In this document: positions 17,004 through 25,148 of the stretch, piece by piece | Position numbering within the stretch: position 1 is the first letter of the stretch | Layout: every line of letters starts with the position of its first letter | DNA from: Candidatus Methylomirabilota bacterium | Lineage (GTDB): Bacteria; Eisenbacteria; RBG-16-71-46 | Reading direction: 5' to 3' | Assembly (NCBI GenBank): GCA_035606545.1 | Contig: DATNFC010000162.1 | Location: 1 to 62,220, forward strand | Length of the DNA stretch: 62,220 nt | Translations under genes and position numbers: made by a program | The notes under the pieces: generated by a model | Told to the model about the DNA's origin: nothing | The model's input: the letters and a program-made list of their open reading frames with translations, nothing else | Database searches by the model: none

Positions 17004-18982
17004 TCTGCCACCTGTCCCCACGCAGGTGCTCGAACGCGACCCTCGTAGCATTGCTACTCGCACTTGCAACAGGTCTGGCGCACGCGCGCAGCGGCGCCAA
17101 CCCCGAGGGTCGCTTGATACTCGGGCCGGAAGGCCCGCGTCCCCCAGCGCCGGCGGCGTCCGCAGTGGGCGCCGCCGGCGAGGCTTTCGCACGGGCGCCG
17201 CATCCCACGTTCGCGGTCGGGCTGCCGCTGGGTGCGGTGCAGATCGACTCCACCTGGTACGACCTGCAGGACATGGGCTCGCTCGGTCACCGCATCGAGG
17301 TGGGCACCGACGGCCGCATCCACGTGACCTGGCAGGACGACTTCTGCGAGCTGGGCGGCGGCTGCCCACCGAACCTGTCCGCGCCGCAGCCGCACCCGAA
17401 CCGCGGCATGGGCTACGCCTACCGCGACGCCACCGGCGGGTGGCACAACCTCGGCAAGGTCATGGACCTGCGCATCCCGAACTGCTGCGCCCCTCGCGAC
17501 CTCGCGGGCGGCTTCGGCACGCTCGCGCTCCCGTCCTCGGGGCGGGTCGCGATCGCGCAGCACTTGAACGAGGAGGGCTGTGACCTGCGCGGCGAGTTCC
17601 ACCTCGAGGACGCGCCGGGATCGAACCTGTTCCGTGGCTACCTGAGCCCGATCGTGAGTCCCAGCTACCTGTTCCCGCAGGTGACGGCGAACCCGAATGG
17701 CTCGTTCACGTTGCTGGGCGAGATCCCCAAGGGAGGCGAGTACGACGAGACGAACGAGATCCGCGTCGCCTACCTCCCGGCGCCCGGCACCAACTACACC
17801 TGCTTCAACTGGCAGATCGGTGCATGGACCGCGATCGCGCCCGCGACGCTGTTCCGTGATGGGAAGCCCGCGTTCCCGTGCATCGCGGCGTCGTCGAACG
17901 GCCGCGTCGGCGTGGCCGTGACCGACCTGGGCGGCAACGTCTACCTGATCGAGTCGAGCAACGGTTCGTTCGTGCCCGGCACGGTCACCACGCGCAAGCT
18001 CACGAACTACAGCGACGCCACGGTCGTGAAGAGCGATTCCACGTCGACCGAGTGGCGGCCGTTCATCCACTGCCACATCGCCTACAACGACACCACGCCG
18101 AACGTGGTGTGGAGCGAATGGCAGGCGCGCAAGATCGACGCCGCGATCGAGTATTTCGACTGGCGGAGCAGGATTCGCCACTGGACGCCCGGGCGCGGTG
18201 TGCAGACCGTGTACCAGGTGCCGGCCGGCGACGCGGATCACTTCGACGACGTCGACCTCGGGCTCGCGGGGCCCGTCCCCGGGTTCAATACGCTGAGCGT
18301 GGATTGGCCGCAGGTGGGCTTCAGTCCCACCGGCGAAGAGACGTACGTGGCGTTCCTGCGTTTCACCGACTCCCAGGTGGACAACACGGCCAACGGCGGC
18401 TTTCCCGGCGTGATCACCGGCATCGGCTTCGGCGACATATTCTGCTCGGTCGCGCGGCCCTTTGGCGGGTACCAGCCGGCGCAGAACCTCACGAACACGC
18501 CCAACACGGACGAACGCTTCTTCTCGCTGGCCACGCGCAATCCGTTGGGAAGGGCGCGCGTGCTGTTCCAGGCCTCCGCCACGAACCAGGCGGGGTGCGC
18601 GATCATCGGCGATCGCGGCGTGGCACCCGGCAACATCCTGCGCCGCATCGCCTACATGGAGACCCCGCTCACCTACACCTGGCTCGACGTTCCCGCTTCT
18701 CTCGCGGGCCCGGTCACGGGTAGGCTGCGAGTGTCCCCGAACCCGGTGCTGGCGCATGCCCGGGTGCACTTCGACGCCGATCCCGCCGCGCTCGAGCGGA
18801 AGGTCGAAGTGCTGGATCTCACCGGCCGGAGGGTGGCAACGCTGACGCTGCCCGCCGGCGCGCGCTCGGCCGAGTGGGCCGGGCGCGACCTCGACGGCCG
18901 CGCCGCGCCGGCGGGGGTTTACTTCGCAAGGATGGAGGACGATGCGCGCGCTGCCAACGTGCGCTTCGTTCTGGCTCGATGA
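17000..18982 (+). CDS. Secreted beta-rich protein with C-terminal FlgD-Ig/T9SS-like sorting domain
   Basis: ATG 17000 forms an ATGA overlap with the receptor stop. Signal peptide LVALLLALATGLAHA. C-terminal domain (18719-18982): VSPNPV...VEVLDLTGRRVATL...WAGRDLDGRAAPAGVYFARM...VRFVLAR*. Confidence 0.8.
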   Translation: MICHLSPRRCSNATLVALLLALATGLAHARSGANPEGRLILGPEGPRPPAPAASAVGAAGEAFARAPHPTFAVGLPLGAVQIDSTWYDLQDMGSLGHRIEVGTDGRIHVTWQDDFCELGGGCPPNLSAPQPHPNRGMGYAYRDATGGWHNLGKVMDLRIPNCCAPRDLAGGFGTLALPSSGRVAIAQHLNEEGCDLRGEFHLEDAPGSNLFRGYLSPIVSPSYLFPQVTANPNGSFTLLGEIPKGGEYDETNEIRVAYLPAPGTNYTCFNWQIGAWTAIAPATLFRDGKPAFPCIAASSNGRVGVAVTDLGGNVYLIESSNGSFVPGTVTTRKLTNYSDATVVKSDSTSTEWRPFIHCHIAYNDTTPNVVWSEWQARKIDAAIEYFDWRSRIRHWTPGRGVQTVYQVPAGDADHFDDVDLGLAGPVPGFNTLSVDWPQVGFSPTGEETYVAFLRFTDSQVDNTANGGFPGVITGIGFGDIFCSVARPFGGYQPAQNLTNTPNTDERFFSLATRNPLGRARVLFQASATNQAGCAIIGDRGVAPGNILRRIAYMETPLTYTWLDVPASLAGPVTGRLRVSPNPVLAHARVHFDADPAALERKVEVLDLTGRRVATLTLPAGARSAEWAGRDLDGRAAPAGVYFARMEDDARAANVRFVLAR

Positions 18983-18997
18983 CACCGCACGTTGCTC

Positions 18998-19813
18998 ATG
19001 CCCCAGACAACCGCGTCCCGGAGGTGTCCCTTGTCCTTTGCTCGCAGTGTGTCCGCCGCGATCTTGCTCATCGCGGCATTCGCCGCAAGTGCCGACGCCG
19101 CACCGCCCATCTTCAAGCAGGAGCGCGTCCCCGGCGGCGTGTTGGAGCAGTACTGGGCGCCGGGCTTCGGCGTCGGCCGCATCTTCACCCCGCTCACGTT
19201 GTCGCCGGGTGATCCCGCGTCCCCCAACCCGTCCGGTGACAACACGGTCGCGGTGCTCACGAACAACGAGACCGGCCTCGGCGGCATCGCGGCGTCCTTG
19301 ACCGATACCGGCGGCCAATTCGATTACTCGTTCGAGGCCGACTTCTTCACCGGGGGCGGCGAGACGCGGCGCGGCATCATCGTCCGCGCCGATCCGTCGA
19401 ACGACTTCCAGACGTTCTACCAGTTCGTGATCAATGCCGGCCTGTTCCAGATCCGGTTCCGCAAGTTCGTCAACGGCGCTCCGGTCGTTCCCGACCTGGC
19501 GAGCTGGTTCACGACCGTGCTGCCGGGCAGCACCGGCGCGCTGGCGCAGAACTCGTGGCACCACATGGAGGTCCGCGCGTTCGGCAACCGATTCCACTGC
19601 CTCCTCGACGGTTTCGACCTCACCTCGTTGTTGAGCGGCGGGGAGATCGTCGACAACGACTCACCGCTCCTGGTCGGTTGGGTGGGCGCCTACAACTTCA
19701 GCGCCTCGATCGGCGAGGTGCCGGTCTACTTCGACAACCTGAGGGTCGGTCCGCCGCTGCCCACGCCGGTGGCGTCGAAGACCTGGGGCGCGCTCAAGAA
19801 GCTCTACCGGTAG
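18998..19813 (+). CDS. Secreted LamG/DUF1080-like (concanavalin-type lectin/glucanase fold) protein
   Basis: ATG 18998 (alternative TTG 18992). Signal peptide AAILLIAAFAASADA. Motifs: RRGIIVRAD, FYQFVINAGLFQIRFRKF, NSWHHMEVRAFGNRFHCLLDG. Confidence 0.7.
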   Translation: MPQTTASRRCPLSFARSVSAAILLIAAFAASADAAPPIFKQERVPGGVLEQYWAPGFGVGRIFTPLTLSPGDPASPNPSGDNTVAVLTNNETGLGGIAASLTDTGGQFDYSFEADFFTGGGETRRGIIVRADPSNDFQTFYQFVINAGLFQIRFRKFVNGAPVVPDLASWFTTVLPGSTGALAQNSWHHMEVRAFGNRFHCLLDGFDLTSLLSGGEIVDNDSPLLVGWVGAYNFSASIGEVPVYFDNLRVGPPLPTPVASKTWGALKKLYR

Positions 19814-19834
19814 CCAACTCTCATGCCGTGACAT

Positions 19835-19874
19835 TCGCCGGCCCCGGGGATTGTGGCTCGCCCGGGGCCGGCGA
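19835..19874 (+). terminator. Strong hairpin after the LamG-like gene
   Basis: TCGCCGGCCCCGGG-(12 nt)-CCCGGGGCCGGCGA: a 14-bp perfect stem beginning 22 nt after the stop and followed by TATCATTTCC. Confidence 0.55.
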
Positions 19875-19927
19875 TATCATTTCCGCCCCCTTCGTCCGGC
19901 ATCCCCCAGGTGGCCCGAGGAAGCGTA

Positions 19928-20071
19928 TTGACCCCCCGCGCGCCGATCGCCCTCACGCTCGGAGTCGCCGCCGGCCTGGCCCTCACGGCCATGCCCGCGA
20001 CCGCCGTGCTCGACGTGGAAAGCAGAGGACCGACGCTCAACGCCGGCGGCCGCTTCGTGGTCATGCGATGA
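19928..20071 (+). CDS. Mini-ORF (47 codons): signal peptide plus a 21-aa mature peptide that mimics both ends of the downstream 797-aa protein
   Basis: TTG 19928 lies 4 nt after GAGGAAG. Translates (M)TPRAPIALTLGVAAGLALTAMPATA|VLDVESRGPTLNAGGRFVVMR*. About 42 of 47 codons end in G/C. The stop overlaps the ATG of the next gene (ATGA). Confidence 0.5.
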   Translation: MTPRAPIALTLGVAAGLALTAMPATAVLDVESRGPTLNAGGRFVVMR

Positions 20072-22461
20072 ACGTCTGCTCGCTCGCGGTACTCCGGCTC
20101 GGGTTCGCGGTCGGGATCTGCGTCGCGCTCGCGACGCCCGCCTCCGCGGTGCTCGATGTCGAGAACCGCGGCCCCACGCTCAATGCCGGAGCGTTCGCCA
20201 TGCGCGTCACGAACATCGGCGCGCTGGGCAACCCGTTCTATGCCGTGGGCCGCTCGTTCGATCCGTCGTTCGAGTTCCCGCGCGGCAGCGGCCAGCAGCT
20301 CCTGAACCACGCCGCGCTGTGGGTCGGTGCCAGCGACCCGAGCGGCTTGAAGCGCGTCTCCGGCGGCCCGCTCATGGAGTGGCGGCCCACGCTCGACCCG
20401 GACGACCATGTGCGCGTGGCCTACGGCGGCAACCCGGGCACGCTGCGCTACGTCGATGACGACGGCGACGGGCGGATTGACGAGGAGTTCCTGGACGGCC
20501 GCGACGACGATGGCGACGGCGAGATCGACGAGGATCTCGGGCTGATCGGCACGCAGAACCTGTGCGCGCGCTACACGGACGACCAGCCCGAGGCGGTGCA
20601 ATTCGGCTACACGAACGGCGAAGCGCACGTGCCGCTGCACCTGGACGTGAAGCAGGAGGTGTTCACGTGGGCGATCCCGGGCTACGACCACGTCGCCGGG
20701 GTCAAGTTCGTGATCACGAACCAAGGCCAGCAGCCGCTCACCGACGTGCGCATCGGCCTGCTCGCGGACCTCGACGTGCGCGAGGCCGGCTCGGCGGGCG
20801 GACACGTCAACGACGTCGTGGCCACGACGCCGTACGACCAGGTGTTCTATGACGGCACGTCGCGGGTGAAGAACGTGCAGCGCTACGACCCGATCGCGGG
20901 CCCGGTGCCCTATTTCAAGGACTGTTTCTGGGACGAAAGAGGCAGCTGCCCCGCGCTCGAGGACGGCTTGAAGGGAAGTGGCCTGCCCGCGGTGGCCGTG
21001 GTGCCGCTATGGCACACGACCGACCCGCTCAACTGGCCGGTGGTGCAGGGCCGCATCAGCGACAGCATCGTGAGGCCCTACATCACCGCGCCGCTGCACG
21101 TGTCGTTCCAGCACTTCTGGTTCGCGAGCGACCTGCCGCCGGGCGAGGGCGGGCTCCCGATCGTCGACGCCGACCGCTACCGCGCGCTCGCCGGGCAGTA
21201 CCCCACGGTGGCCGACACGACCGACGCGCACGACTACGTGACGCTCATCTCGTGCGGGCCGTTCCCGAAGTTGAACCCGGGCAGCAGCTACGAGGTGGAC
21301 CTGGCGATCGTCGCGGCCACGCCCGATTCGCTGCCGGCCGCGATCGCCCACGCCGTGCAGGTGCACCACGGTGGCTATGTGAACGTGCTGCCCGACGAGC
21401 CCGAAGCGAACTGGGGCGTCTGGAACCATGGCAGGAGCGGCATCACCGGCCACGAGATCTGCTACGAGCCACCGGTCGGGCTCGAGTTCCTGATCGATCC
21501 GCACTGCCTGCTGAAGTTCATCCCCGATCCGATCGCGAACGTGGAATCGGCGGCGCACTACGAGCACGGCAACTGCGTGTGGTCCGACTTCGACTGCGAC
21601 GTGTGCACGGGCTTCGACGGCAAGGAGACGCTGGCCCGCTGGCGTGACCCGGCCGGGGCGCCGACGCCGCCCGCGTGGCGGACGGTCCCGGGCGACCGGC
21701 AGGTGACCGTGGAGTGGGACGACCGCAGCGAGGTGCTGCAGGACGCGCAGATCTATGGTGGAACGAACGTGCGCTTCATCGGGTACAACATCTACCGGCT
21801 CGACGACTGGCGCGGACGCAGCGCCGACGTGCCGCCCACAGGCAAGTTCCAGCAGGTGGCCTCGTTCGCACGCGACACCACGCTGGGCGCCCGACCCCTC
21901 GCCCAGGTCACCGACACCACCGTGGACTACGACCGCATCCTCTACGAGCGCAAGCTGCACCCGATCGGTCGCTACAAGTGGACCGACCCGCGCGTGCTGA
22001 ATGGGTTCGACTACCTCTACGTGGTCACCGCACTGACCCAGCGCACGCTCCAGGTGTTGAACGGTGTGCCGATCACCGAGCTGCTCGAGAGCCCGATCCT
22101 CGCCGGCCTCGACTCGGTGGTGACGCCGCACACGGAATCGCGCACGACCGGCTCGAGCGCGTGGGTGGTGCCGAACCCGTTCCGTGCGCACGCACCGTGG
22201 GACCGCCCGCCCGTGCCCGGCGACACGTTCGCACGCCATCTCGACTTCATGGGCCTGCCGCGGGCGACGTGCACGATCCGCATCTATACGCTCGCCGGCG
22301 ATCTCGTGCAGGTGATCGAGCACGACGGCACGCACGGCGACGGCCAGGCGCGCTGGGACCTGATTTCAAGGAACGGTCAGGACATCGCGTCCGGGATCTA
22401 CCTGTTCACCGTCGATTCGGGCGGATCGCACCAGGTGGGTCGGTTCGTGGTCATGCGATGA
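20068..22461 (+). CDS. Large secreted protein: Asp-rich Ca-binding-like repeats, FN3-like module, C-terminal FlgD-Ig/T9SS-like sorting domain
   Basis: Signal peptide ...VALATPASA|VLDVENRGPTLNAG. Motifs: DDDGDGRIDEEFLDGRDDDGDGEIDED; VTVEWDDRSE...GYNIYR. C-terminal domain (22156-22461): VVPNPF...IRIYTLAGDLV...WDLISRNGQDIASGIYLFTV...GRFVVMR*. Confidence 0.85.
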   Translation: MNVCSLAVLRLGFAVGICVALATPASAVLDVENRGPTLNAGAFAMRVTNIGALGNPFYAVGRSFDPSFEFPRGSGQQLLNHAALWVGASDPSGLKRVSGGPLMEWRPTLDPDDHVRVAYGGNPGTLRYVDDDGDGRIDEEFLDGRDDDGDGEIDEDLGLIGTQNLCARYTDDQPEAVQFGYTNGEAHVPLHLDVKQEVFTWAIPGYDHVAGVKFVITNQGQQPLTDVRIGLLADLDVREAGSAGGHVNDVVATTPYDQVFYDGTSRVKNVQRYDPIAGPVPYFKDCFWDERGSCPALEDGLKGSGLPAVAVVPLWHTTDPLNWPVVQGRISDSIVRPYITAPLHVSFQHFWFASDLPPGEGGLPIVDADRYRALAGQYPTVADTTDAHDYVTLISCGPFPKLNPGSSYEVDLAIVAATPDSLPAAIAHAVQVHHGGYVNVLPDEPEANWGVWNHGRSGITGHEICYEPPVGLEFLIDPHCLLKFIPDPIANVESAAHYEHGNCVWSDFDCDVCTGFDGKETLARWRDPAGAPTPPAWRTVPGDRQVTVEWDDRSEVLQDAQIYGGTNVRFIGYNIYRLDDWRGRSADVPPTGKFQQVASFARDTTLGARPLAQVTDTTVDYDRILYERKLHPIGRYKWTDPRVLNGFDYLYVVTALTQRTLQVLNGVPITELLESPILAGLDSVVTPHTESRTTGSSAWVVPNPFRAHAPWDRPPVPGDTFARHLDFMGLPRATCTIRIYTLAGDLVQVIEHDGTHGDGQARWDLISRNGQDIASGIYLFTVDSGGSHQVGRFVVMR

Positions 22462-22588
22462 CCGAATTCTCGCGCGCGAGCCTTGCGCCGGCTGGGAGCG
22501 GCGGTCACACTCGATGCGCCTCGTCGGCCCGCGACGGCCGGCGGGGCGTCTTCGTCCCATGTCCCCGTGTTCCCGGAGGCCAGGTTTG

Positions 22589-23332
22589 ATGCGGTTCGCT
22601 TGCGCTTTCCTGCTGCTCGCAGTCGCCTCGCCGGCTCTCGCTTCGGGCGTCGGGCTGCGCTGGGGATCCTGCGAGGGCCAGTCGAACCGCAATTTCGCGT
22701 GCGACAAGAGCACGGGCTCCGAGCTGCTCGTGGGCTCTTTCGACGCGCCGAGCGGCATCGCGAACCTGAGCGGCATGGAGGTGATCCTGCGCATCACCTC
22801 CGCGGGCGGCACCGTCCCCAGCTGGTGGCAGATGTTCGCGAACGGAAGCTGCCGGCGCTCATCGGTCGCCGCGTCGTTCGACATGAGCGACCAGTTCGAG
22901 TGCGACGACGTCTGGAATGGTCAGGCCGGGGGCGGTCTCGCCAAGTGGGAGAACGACGGCACCGGCATCAACGTGGGAATGGCCGCCGCGGTGCCGCGGT
23001 CAGCGTGGGGGCCCATCTCGAGCGGGCGCCAGTACGCCGCGTTCAAGCTCATCATCAACCACCTGAAGAGCAGTGGTCCGGGGGCGTGTGGCGGTTGTGA
23101 AACGCCGATGTGCATCAAGGTCGAGATGATCCGCCTCACGGATCCCGGCCGGCTCATCGACGCGAACAGCCACAAGTGGGAGAACAAGACCTGGGACCTC
23201 ACGGACGGCATCACCGGCATGGGCGGGGCATCGCAGGTTGCGACCTGGCAGGGCGGTACGCCGAACTGCGCCGCTGCCGCGTCGAAAGTCAGCACCTGGA
23301 GCGAACTGAAAGCCCGCTTCAAGGGGAAGTGA
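22589..23332 (+). CDS. Secreted Cys-rich hypothetical protein
   Basis: ATG 22589 follows GGAGG (22574-22578). Signal peptide MRFACAFLLLAVASPALASG. Many spaced Cys residues (WGSCEGQSNRNFAC, NGSC, FEC, GACGGCETPMC, PNC). Confidence 0.65.
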   Translation: MRFACAFLLLAVASPALASGVGLRWGSCEGQSNRNFACDKSTGSELLVGSFDAPSGIANLSGMEVILRITSAGGTVPSWWQMFANGSCRRSSVAASFDMSDQFECDDVWNGQAGGGLAKWENDGTGINVGMAAAVPRSAWGPISSGRQYAAFKLIINHLKSSGPGACGGCETPMCIKVEMIRLTDPGRLIDANSHKWENKTWDLTDGITGMGGASQVATWQGGTPNCAAAASKVSTWSELKARFKGK

Positions 23333-23340
23333 CGGTCGGG

Positions 23341-23928
23341 CTAGTGCCCGTGCCCGCGCGGCTCGCTGAGCCAGGCGAAGAACGTCACCACGAGCAGCTC
23401 GAGCAGGTTCTTTTCGAGGCGCACGCTCTCCGCCACCTCGACGGTCGCCTGGAAGCGGAAGAACGCGAAGCGCCGGCGCACGCGGAGGAGCTCGTGGCCC
23501 TCGGCGTCCTCGAGCACGTGGTCGCCGCCCCAGTGCCGGCGCCACGCGAGCGAGAGACCACTCGGGAACGCGAGCCGCCAGCGCCCGAGCCAGCCGTGCG
23601 GGATCGTCGCCAGCTCGCGGCCCTCCATGTCCGCGAGCGTCACGACGCCGGTCCACGAGCGCGTGAGCGTCCACGCGGCCCCCGGGGTCTCCGCCTGGAG
23701 CTTCCGCCGCGAGATGCCCTGCCCGTGGAGGACCACGTGCTCGCCGCGATCGGAGACCAGCCGCCACTCGCGCCGGAACACGCGCGGCTGCTCCCAGTAG
23801 AGCGCGCGATGAACGGCATCGCCGAGCGGCACGAGCGGGTGCATCTCGCCGTGCGCCTCGATCTCTCGCATGCCACGCCCGAGGTCGGCTCTGGGCGCGT
23901 GCACGATCATACGCGGGCGCTTCCTCAC
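23341..23928 (-). CDS. Hypothetical beta-rich protein with a C-terminal hydrophobic helix
   Basis: GTG 23928 forms a GTGA overlap with the RHH stop (alternative ATG 23910). Repeated W/R-rich strand-like segments (EWRLVSDRGEHVVLHG, AWTLTRSWTGVVTLAD, GRWRLAFPSGLSLAWRRHW). The tail LLELLVVTFFAWL is hydrophobic. Confidence 0.55.
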   Translation of the reverse strand: MRKRPRMIVHAPRADLGRGMREIEAHGEMHPLVPLGDAVHRALYWEQPRVFRREWRLVSDRGEHVVLHGQGISRRKLQAETPGAAWTLTRSWTGVVTLADMEGRELATIPHGWLGRWRLAFPSGLSLAWRRHWGGDHVLEDAEGHELLRVRRRFAFFRFQATVEVAESVRLEKNLLELLVVTFFAWLSEPRGHGH

Positions 23929-24128
23929 GATGACTCCTCCGTCTCTTCCTCGGGCGGGGCGGTGCGCGCGCTCCTCGCGCTGATCGCCCGCCCCTCGCGC
24001 TGTAACGCGCGCCGCAGCACGAACTCAATCTGGCTGTTCAGGCTCCTCAAGTCGTCCGCCGCCCAGCGCTGCAGTGCGTCCAGCACGGCCGGGTCGATCC
24101 GAAGCAGGAACGCCTTGCGCTCCGCCAC
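23925..24128 (-). CDS. Arc/MetJ-type ribbon-helix-helix DNA-binding protein
   Basis: GTG 24128 lies 7 nt after GAGGTGA. FLLRIDPAVLDALQRWAADDLRSLNSQIEFVLRRAL fits the beta-strand, helix, helix RHH pattern. Acidic tail. Confidence 0.7.
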   Translation of the reverse strand: MAERKAFLLRIDPAVLDALQRWAADDLRSLNSQIEFVLRRALQREGRAISARSARTAPPEEETEESS

Positions 24129-24140
24129 GAGCGGCTCACC

Positions 24141-25013
24141 TCATCCCTGGTAGAGCGTGCCGGCGTTCACGATCGGCTGCGTCTCGTGCTCGCTGCACAG
24201 CACCACCAGCAGGTTGCTCACCATGGCGGCCTTGCGCTCCTCGTCCAGCGTCACGACCGAGCGCTTCGCCAGCTCGTCGAGCGCCATCTCCACCATGCTC
24301 ACCGCGCCCTCGACGATCTTGGTGCGCGCCGCGATCACCGCGCTCGCCTGCTGCCGGCGCAGCATGGCGTTCGCGATCTCCGGCGCATACGCGAGGTGGC
24401 TGATGCGCGCCTCCATCACCTGCACGCCCGCCTTCTCGAGGCGCTCCTGGATCTCGCCCTTGAGCAGGTCCGCGATCTCGAGCGTGTTCCCACGCAGCGA
24501 CATCTGGCCGTCGTTGTGGGCGTCGTACGGATGGCCAGTGGCGAGATTGCGCAGCGCCGCCTCGCTCTGCACGTGCACGAAGTTGTCGTAGTTGTCGACC
24601 TGGAAGATGGCCTCCGCCGAATCCACCACGCGCCACACCACCACGGCGCCGATCTCGATCGGGTTGCCGTCGTGATCGTTCACCTTGAGCTTGCTGCTCT
24701 CGAAGTTGCGCACGCGCATGGTGACCCGCTTCTTGGTCATGAACGGGTTCGCCCACCACAGGCCGGGCCGGCGCTCGCTGCCGCGGTAGTTGCCGAACAG
24801 CATCAGCACCGTGGACTGGTTGGGCTCGACGACGAAGAACCCGCCGAGCGAGATGGACAGCACGGCGATGGCGAACACGGCGCCCAGCACCTGGAACGTC
24901 GAGCTGTGCTGGATGCTCTGCACCAGCCACCACACGGACAGGATGAGAAGCACCGGGATCAGGAGCAGCATGAACATCCCGGAGCTGGACCTCGCGGCAC
25001 TCTCGCGGATCAT
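24141..25013 (-). CDS. SPFH/band-7 (stomatin/flotillin-like) membrane protein
   Basis: ATG 25013 follows GGAGG. N-terminal TM helices. SPFH core [17 protein letters not shown]...[21 protein letters not shown]...[23 protein letters not shown]. Confidence 0.9.
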   Translation of the reverse strand: MIRESAARSSSGMFMLLLIPVLLILSVWWLVQSIQHSSTFQVLGAVFAIAVLSISLGGFFVVEPNQSTVLMLFGNYRGSERRPGLWWANPFMTKKRVTMRVRNFESSKLKVNDHDGNPIEIGAVVVWRVVDSAEAIFQVDNYDNFVHVQSEAALRNLATGHPYDAHNDGQMSLRGNTLEIADLLKGEIQERLEKAGVQVMEARISHLAYAPEIANAMLRRQQASAVIAARTKIVEGAVSMVEMALDELAKRSVVTLDEERKAAMVSNLLVVLCSEHETQPIVNAGTLYQG

Positions 25014-25036
25014 GGGTACGAGCCTCCTTTCGTGGC

Positions 25037-25060
25037 TTTCAGAATGATATCACTCTGAAA
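25037..25060. promoter_or_regulatory. 24-bp near-perfect palindrome (candidate operator) upstream of the SPFH operon
   Basis: TTTCAGAATGAT|ATCACTCTGAAA: 11 of 12 positions are symmetric. It overlaps the predicted -10 and the start region of the minus-strand promoter. Confidence 0.5.
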
Positions 25061-25071
25061 TCTGCTGTCCA
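25044..25071 (-). promoter_or_regulatory. Sigma70-like promoter of the SPFH-RHH-unknown operon
   Basis: On the minus strand: TGGACA (25071-25066), 16-nt spacer, TATCAT (25049-25044). It lies about 30 nt upstream of the ATG, in a low-GC spacer. Confidence 0.45.
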
Positions 25072-25120
25072 TACGTTTGAATTGGGTCCGGGGGTTGCAG
25101 TCGGCGGCTTGAATCCTGCT

Positions 25121-25143
25121 AACACGCTGCAGTACAGCGTGTT
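25121..25143 (-). terminator. Hairpin just downstream of the AtuA-like gene
   Basis: AACACGCTG-CAGTA-CAGCGTGTT: a 9-bp perfect stem beginning 6 nt past the stop at 25149. Confidence 0.45.
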
Positions 25144-25148
25144 GGTAG

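Noticed and set aside
19853-19927. Track start (GTG 19853) for the 72-aa version of the mini-ORF.
   Set aside because: This start lies inside the loop of the 14-bp terminator hairpin. The downstream TTG 19928 has a GAGGAAG RBS and gives a normal signal peptide.
22458-22589. 43-codon ORF (MTEFSRASLAPAG...) whose ATG overlaps the 797-aa gene stop (ATGA) and whose TGA overlaps the next gene's ATG. It could be a coupling ORF.
   Set aside because: By my count about 12 of 42 codons end in A/T, against about 5 of 47 in the 19928 mini-ORF. There is no signal peptide or motif. The next gene has its own GGAGG. It is probably intergenic.
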